This document shows positions 56,617-64,000 of a DNA stretch of 64,000 nucleotides, one piece after another. The translations under genes were made by a program, and so were the position numbers. The stretch lies in assembly GCA_964035545.1 (NCBI GenBank), contig OZ037773.1, positions 1,579,751-1,643,750 of the forward strand, written 5' to 3'. Numbering within the stretch: the stretch's first letter is position 1; every line of letters starts with the position of its first letter. This DNA comes from Bugula neritina (Eukaryota; Animalia; Bryozoa). A model generated the notes under the pieces. The model did no database searches. It saw nothing but the letters and a program-made list of their open reading frames with translations, and had not been told where the DNA came from.

Positions 56617-59600
56617 ATGAGACTGAGTTTGATTACTAAACTAAAACTACGAAACCCAAATCTATCTTCGCAAAATCCTAGATTAAGATTTAGCACAAAG
56701 TCAAACGGCTCTTACAGTAGCACAACTACTACACCTAAGTCATTACTTGATTTTGCACGATTAAAACCCAGTCGACGTAATAAATTCTTACCCTTCTCTG
56801 TCCAATTAAGTAGTTATTCCTCATCACCTTGGCCTGAATTTAGCCAGTATGAAACTCATGCTGAATTGTATCAGTTTAGTTTAGATAATCCAGAAAGTTT
56901 TTGGGGAACATTGGCTAAGAGTAAGTTAAGATGGCAGCAATTATTCGATAAAGTGCATCAATGCGATATGGAGAAAGGGCAGTTTTCCTGGTTCTTAAAT
57001 GGAAGTCTTAACATTTCCGGTAAGTACAAACATACCTACTGCATGAATTTAAAAAATCATTTTTTAATTTCTTTATATTTTTTCAACACTAAGTATGATG
57101 TGCCTAATTAAGGTAGACTTCAAAGTGATCTTATTAAACATTAATTGAATTCCGATTGTTAAACATCAATGTTTTCGACATTTCATAACTATACTTTCAG
57201 ATAACTGCATAGACAGACATGTGGAGTCAAATCCTAATCAAACTGCTCTTATCTGGGAAAAAGATGAGCCTGGAACTGAGGAGAGAGTAAGCTACAAGTG
57301 AGTAAAACTGGAGCTGGTAAAAGTGTAAGTGAGAGTGTAGTTTAAAGGATAAAGGTGTGAAGTAGAAAGAACTTAGAGTCTTAGACTGTAACAGGGCATG
57401 CAATTGGCATACTGGAACTCAATATTTTAGTTTTTCCAGTTGTTTTTGTAGTCACGTCACTTTTTAATTTAACTTTGTACATGCAAAATGTCCTACTCTT
57501 TGTCTGATAGACCTTCTCTTTGTTTGTTAGAGAGCTCTTGGATATGACATGCAGAGTAGCCAATGTTCTGAAAGGTCATGGCATTAGTAAAGGAGATCGG
57601 GTGGCTATCTATATGCCCAACTCACCACTAGCTGTAGCCTCTATGTTGGCGTGTATGAGAATAGGGGCTGTACACAGCGTTGTGTTTGCTGGATTCAGTG
57701 CAGAGGCTTTAGCTACTCGGATACAAGATGGTAGGTTATTGTCATAGAGTTACCTCTCCCCTAGGATACAAGATGGTAGGTTATTGTCATAGAGTTACCT
57801 CTCCCCTAGGATACAAGATGGTAGGTTATTGTCATAGAGTTACCTCTCCCTTAGGATACAAGATGGTAGGTTATTGTCATAAAGTTACCTCTCCCCTAGG
57901 ATACAAGATGGTAGGTTATTGTCATAGAGTTACCTCCACCCTAGGATACAAGGTGGTAGGTTATTGTCATAGAGTTACCTCTCCCCTAGGATACAAGGTG
58001 GTAGGTTATTGTCATAGAGTTACCTCCACCCTAGGATACAAGGTGGTAGGTTATTGTCATAGAGTTACCTCTCCCCTAGGATACAAGATGGTAGGTTATT
58101 GTTATAAAGTTAAAAGCTACTTGCAGTTATGCAACTGCTTTTTACTTACTGTTGAAAACTGGCAGCTAGCTCTGTTTTGGTATCTCGTCATGAAATATAC
58201 TGAGAAATATTAACGCTGCTAATGATCATCAGCTGCTGTTGTAGATCAAAAGTGAAAACTCTCACCAAGGTAAGCTAGATGCTAGAATGATTGTAATTTT
58301 TTTAGTTCCAATTTTGTATTTTTAAAAAAATGGTATTCGGTATTGTTTGCTCTTGAAAGGTTTGACAAATGTAGTATGTCGGGGCTAGTTTCTTCTCAAT
58401 CGCTTACTGTAATGTTTTAGCAGTTAAGTGAAAGTAAGTTATTCCTGTTTGATGAACTCTTGTTGTAAGAGTCATATAAGCACCAGGATATCTGACTAGC
58501 CATCTTTTGTGTATAAAGTTTATAAAATAAAGTCAGTATAGGTTGGTGTCCAGCTACAAAAACACTTCTTCTGTAGTATAATTTAGTGCCAGAAAGATAA
58601 TATTTTTTATGTCAGTAACTTCTTTTTTTTCTATTACAAATTTACCTACTTCTAAAAATATACTATGACATTGTATGTGCTCAATATTGTCGCTTTTTTA
58701 ATATTTTTTTTGTAATATTTTGGAGATTTTTAAGATGAAAATATCTGGTAGCCTAAGATGAATTTGTCTTATCAGAGAATTGCATTAGGATGATTCTACT
58801 AATATATTCTTTTTGTGACTGGACATTTCTCTCTCTCTCTCTCTATCTTTCTCTATCTCTCTCTGGTTTATGTGTAGCTTCTTGCGTGGCTGTTACCACA
58901 ACAGCTATCTTTCTCTATCTCTCTCTGGTCTGTGTGTAGCTTCTTACGTGGCTGTTACCACAACAGCTATCTTTCTCTATCTCTCTCTGGTCTGTGTGTG
59001 GCTTCTTGTGTGACTGTGATCACAACAGCTATCTTTCTCTATCTCTCTCTGGTCTGTGTGTGGCTTCTTGTGTGACTGTGATCACAACAGCTATCTTTCT
59101 CTATCTCTCTCTGGTCTATGTGTAGCTTCTTGCGTGACTGTGATCACAACAGCTATCTTTCTCTATCTCTCTCTGGTCTGTGTGTAGCTTCTTGTGTGAC
59201 TGTGATCACAACAGCTATCTTTCTCTATCTCTCTCTGGTCTATGTGTAGCTTCTTGCGTGGCTGTGATCACAACAGACCAGGCTGTCAGAGGTGGGAAAA
59301 CCATTGAGCTGAAGAAAACAGTTGACTCAGCTGTAGAACAATGTCCTTCTGTCAGGAATGTGTTTGTCGCCAGGAGAACAGGTGCAGATGTGCCCTATCA
59401 GAGCAAAGATGTTTCTCTTGATAAGGTAATGTATACATTGTATTTGAACTGGCTATTGTATACAATAACCATTTTATTATCCATAAAGTTGAAAGGTTAA
59501 CAGCTCTAAACAGAATAATGGCAGCCAGCGCAACAAGTAATTGAAGAGGTATATATCACAGCTGCTGCTTCAGCATAGCTCAATAACCAAAACCACAAAA

Positions 59601-62600
59601 ATGTTATCAAGTTTATTTGTTTCAAAATTTATCATGAAGAACTATTTTTAAAAAGTTTTTGAACTGCTAATATGTGTGTCTCTATCAAAATATATCTATC
59701 TCCTAAAGGAACAATTCTATAGCATAGTTGGGATTTTAAGTAGCAGCCAAACTTTAAATTTGTAATGAGTTTGCTCTTTATATTGTAATTTAATTAAATC
59801 CCTACCAGGAGAAAGCAACTCCTAATTGTAAACCGGGTACCAGGGATGTTGAAAAAGAGTCTATTACATTATAATGTAATATAATCTAGTCCTTTATAAA
59901 ATAATATTTTGCAATGTAATATATGATATAATATGAATATTATTACAATATGATATAATATAATACCATACAATACGATAGACAATATAATATGACAATA
60001 GAATAATATAACGTAGTAAGTATGATATAAGAAGATATACTACGACATAATATGATGACCATCTAGTCTACTATAATCTAATATGATATAATAGAATATG
60101 CTGTAATGCCATTACAAATACATGATATGATGAAGATGATGGATAATAGTAGCATATAATATGGTTCTATATAATATAGTAGCATATAGTATGATTGCAT
60201 ATAATATAATATAATATAGTATAGTAGCATATAGTATGATTGCATATAATATAATATAATATAGTATAGTAGCATATAGTATGATTGTATATAATATAAT
60301 ATAATATAGTAGCATATAGTATGATTGCATATAATATAATATAATATAATATAGTAGTATATAGTATGATTGTATATAATATAATATAATATAGTATAGT
60401 AGTATATAGTATGATTGTATATAATATAATATAGTAGTATATAGTATGATTGTATATAATATAATATAATATAATATAGTAGCATATAGTATGATTGTAT
60501 ATAATATAATATAATATAGTAGCATATAGTATGATTGTATATAATATAATATAATATAGTAGCATATATTATAATATAATATAATATAATATAATATGAT
60601 GTGTGTTCAGCTAATGGAACAGGCAGACACATCTTGTCCGGCAGAGCAAATGGAGAGTGAGGATCCATCCTTCATGTTGTATACATCTGGCAGCACTGGA
60701 AAACCAAAGGGTTTACTTCATTCTACTGCTGGATATCTTCTCTATGTCGCCTTAACTCACCAGGTATAATCTGCAGTCAGAGTATACTCTGTAGTCAATA
60801 TAATCTGCAGTCAGGGTGTAATCTGCACAGGGTGTAATCTGTAGTCGGAATGTAATATGTAGTCTGCATAATACACCATTTACTATAGTATGCGTGTAGA
60901 GTTTAGATTTAGTGTATTTATTCATTTAGATATTCATACACACGCAGCATAAAAACACAGTTTGACTTTGTTGAACAGAGCTGACAACCCTTCCTTCTTA
61001 CTCTGTGAACTATACAGCCTTCTGCTAAGGATGTCTATTCTGCTATAATCATTCGCAGAGTTTCCAACCTTGACTTTTGGTTGGTCAAGGAAGACAACTC
61101 TGGTTTATATTTGCAGGCGGTGTTCAACTGTAGCCCTGGAGATGTCTATGCTTGTGTAGCTGATATCGGGTGGATTACTGGGCACTCGTATGTAGTGTAT
61201 GGACCTCTGTCTAATGGTGTCACCAGTGTGCTATTCGAAAGTATTCCTACTTACCCAGACCCTGGTTAGTCCAAGCACTAGTTTCTATGGTGATATGTAC
61301 ACAATAGTTGCTATGGTGATATGTACGCTATGGTGATATGTACGCAATAGTTGCTCTGGTGATATGTACACAATAGTTGCTATGGTGATATGTATGCAAT
61401 GGTTGCTATGGTGATATGTACGCAATAGTTGCTCTGGTGATATGTATGCAATAGTTGCTCTGGTGATATGTACACAATAGTTGCTATGGTGATATGTACG
61501 CAATAGTTGCTCTGGTGATATGTACACAATAGTTTCTATGGTGATATGTATGCAATAGTTGCTATGGTGATATGTATGCAATGGTTGTTATGGTAATATG
61601 TACACAATAGTTGCTATGGTGATGTGTACACATTGGTTGCTATGGTGATATGTACGTACTGGTTGCTATGATAATATGTATGCAATGGTTGCTGTGTTTG
61701 CCTGTAGGCAGATACTGGGAGATGGTGGAAAGGTTAAAGGTCAATCAGTTTTACACGGCGCCCACGGCAATCAGACTACTCATCAAGGCAGGTGAGTGGA
61801 CAACTCCTACATAAGTAAGAGTTGGTTTTCCATGACTGTGATAGTAGGCGGTACTAGTCATATGACTGTGATAGTAGGCGGTACTAATCACATGACTGTG
61901 ATAGTAGGCGGTACTACTAGTCACATGACCACGTACCACTACTACTGAAACTAAGTTCTAGCTTTTGCTGCAGGGGATTCGTGGCCTCAGAAGTATAACC
62001 TGTCTTCACTGAAGACTTTAGGGTGTGTGGGGGAGCCCCTCAACCATGAGGCCTGGGAGTGGTACAACAAGTTTGTAGGCCAGTCTCGGTGTGACATTGT
62101 GGACACCTGGTGGCAGACAGGTAATGTCCCAGCATATGGTGTCCGATTACATGGTACCATACTATATCACATGGTGTCATACTGTATCACACCACATGGT
62201 ATCATACTGTATCACATCACATGGTATCATACTGTATCACATCACACCATAATTTGTCATGTGAAAGATTGACTATTCTCTGTAAACATCCAGTTCATAG
62301 ATGTAAAGTTTTACACTAAGCGTATCCATAGAACTAATCTCTGTAATGTAACATTGATTACAATTACTACCTTGCTGTACTTCATAGTGTCGATTACTTA
62401 TCATGTACTTACCCTGTATTCTTATCTGATGTGCCTGCAGTCTTATCTTATTTTTTCTTAATGTCGCCTAATCAGTAACGCCAGTTTTCTCTATGATGTA
62501 GCATGAGTTCTCGCTCTCTGTGTTTATAGAGACGGGTGGCATATGCATAACTCCCAGACCTTCAGAAAGTGGAGCCGAGATTCTTCCTGGGATGCCCATG

Positions 62601-63630
62601 AGACCGTTCTTTGGCATTGAGCCAGCTCTACTAGACTCTCATCAGGTAGTCTAGTTTAGGAATTATCTGCTCTTTGCTCTACCACTTGGTTTCTATTAGC
62701 TTGTTTGTATTATTGCGCTGGTTTGGTAGAGAGAGTTCACAGGAAATGATGTCACAGGCTCTCTGTGTATCAAGAAACCATGGCCCGGAATGGCTCGTAG
62801 CATTTACGGGGATCATGAGAGGTTCTTAGATACATACTTGAGACCTTTCCCAGGTGAGGGTTTCAGTTCTTCTCTTCTCCATCTTTCTTTTCGGTCTTTC
62901 TTCTTCTATCTCTCTTCTCCATCTTTCTTCTCCATCTCTCTTCTTCATCTCTCTTCTCCATCTTTCTTCTCCATCTCTCTTTTCTATCTCTCTATCTCTT
63001 TTCTCCTCTCTTCTACATCTCTCTTCTCTTCCCTTCCACATCTCTCTCTCTCTCTTTCCCTCTATTTCTCTCTCCTCTCTCTATCTCTTTTCTCCTCCCT
63101 TCCATATTTCTCCCTCCCTCCCCCTTCTCTCTCTTCTCCATCTCTCTTACACATATCTGTCTCTTGTCTGCTAAGTGAACTTTTGGATTAAAGCCATCAT
63201 AATTGGTATGCTAGATGTAATATCAGTTGTGATTGGATGCTCTTTATTATCATCAATGAGTGAGCTTATATTATTCTGTTATTTGCTTTCTTGGATGCAA
63301 ATCTTCGGCCGTTTAATTATCAATTTTAGTAATTGCAAAATGTTTTTTTGTCTAAGTTGTTTTCATATTCTCAAATAAAACAAAGTTATACCACAGTTCT
63401 TATAAGCTACTCATAGACTCAGTTCTGTGTTATATTATTAGTTTGGTTGGGGGACGATGACAGCACTTCCCAACGTTTCCAGCTTTTTGTCTTGCTCTGC
63501 AGGTTACTATTTCTCCGGTGACGGAGCACACAGACACAGTAATGGTTACTATCAGATCACCGGCAGAACTGATGATGTCATCAATGTTAGTGGTCATAGA
63601 CTGGGCACTGCTGAAGTTGAAGATGCTATG
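56617..63630 (+). CDS. ACSS1: Acetyl-CoA synthetase, mitochondrial type (3' exons beyond the right edge)
   Basis: Exons 56617-57019 (alternative ATG 56593), 57201-57297, 57531-57730, 59250-59425, 60611-60763, 61117-61264, 61708-61791, 61974-62120, 62530-62645, 62730-62853, 63503-63630. Motifs: [55 protein letters not shown]. The N-terminus is Arg/Ser/Leu-rich and acid-poor, like a transit peptide. Confidence 0.93.
57720..58112. repeat. 45-bp tandem repeat x9 spanning the ACSS1 exon-3 donor
   Basis: Unit GATACAAGATG|GTAGGTTATTGTCATAGAGTTACCTCTCCCCTAG, with donors every 45 nt from 57731 to 58091. Confidence 0.95.
58843..59276. repeat. 62-bp tandem repeat x7 spanning the ACSS1 exon-4 acceptor
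   Basis: Acceptor positions are 58877, 58939, 59001 (GG), 59063 (GG), 59125, 59187 and 59249. Each carries a CT tract and the first 27 exon nt. Confidence 0.93.
60145..60598. repeat. AT-rich minisatellite upstream of ACSS1 exon 5
   Basis: TAGTAGCATATAGTATGATTGTATATAATATAAT-type units. Confidence 0.85.
61278..61695. repeat. 26-bp tandem repeat, ~16 copies, filling an ACSS1 intron
   Basis: Unit TGGTGATATGTACACAATAGTTGCTA. Confidence 0.92.
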
Positions 63631-64000
63631 GTAAGGGTGGTCCAATCAGGACCCAAAGCTTCTGTTGCACTTGTTGCGTTTTAGTTAAGGCAATCACACA
63701 GCCTCAGTTATTAAAAATTGCTATTAAATATAATGTGTATACATTTCCTCTCTAAGCTGTTGGGAGTTCTTTATTAAAGTCAAGGTTTATGGTAAAAACT
63801 TGTTATTCTGCAGTTGTATGTCATTGGTTTATGGTGTAAATAGTTTGTGTACATTTCAGAGCATGTTGAATATTGGAACACTCGCTTCAACTGTTAGTCA
63901 TTGTGTTTTGTATCATGAGGTATATTAAATATGTAATGTACAAGATACGTGTGCTTAATACATGTGAGTTATGTGTAATATACATGTCTGATAGAGACGA

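Noticed and set aside
60078-60668. Tyr/Ile-rich ORFs (also 6894-7626 and 43252-43609)
   Set aside because: Artefacts of AT-rich intronic repeats.

Overview
This is AT-rich, intron-dense invertebrate (metazoan) nuclear DNA, not a prokaryotic locus; the species cannot be fixed from the sequence. Manual splicing at GT-AG junctions recovers eight protein-coding genes. These are the first coding exon of PCMT1 (-, runs off the left edge), a complete 22-exon nidogen (-), an intronless C18orf21/RMP24-like gene nested on the same strand in nidogen intron 9, PHF10 (+), a PP2A B56 regulatory subunit (+), NUPR1/p8 (+, absent from the ORF track), LYSMD1/2-like (-), and mitochondrial-type acetyl-CoA synthetase ACSS1 (+, runs off the right edge). 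Mobile DNA includes a truncated LINE, an R4/Dong endonuclease fragment inserted in (TAA)n, three non-autonomous hAT elements, two MITE families and two copies of an element with tRNA-like direct repeats. The most striking unexplained pattern is a set of locus-specific tandem repeats seeded exactly on exon-intron junctions, which multiply real donors, acceptors and branch points up to 15 times, some in frame. A second pattern is cryptic 6-bp-periodic tracts near gene 5' ends that also host the retro-insertions. All gene identities come from recalled family motifs, not from database searches.
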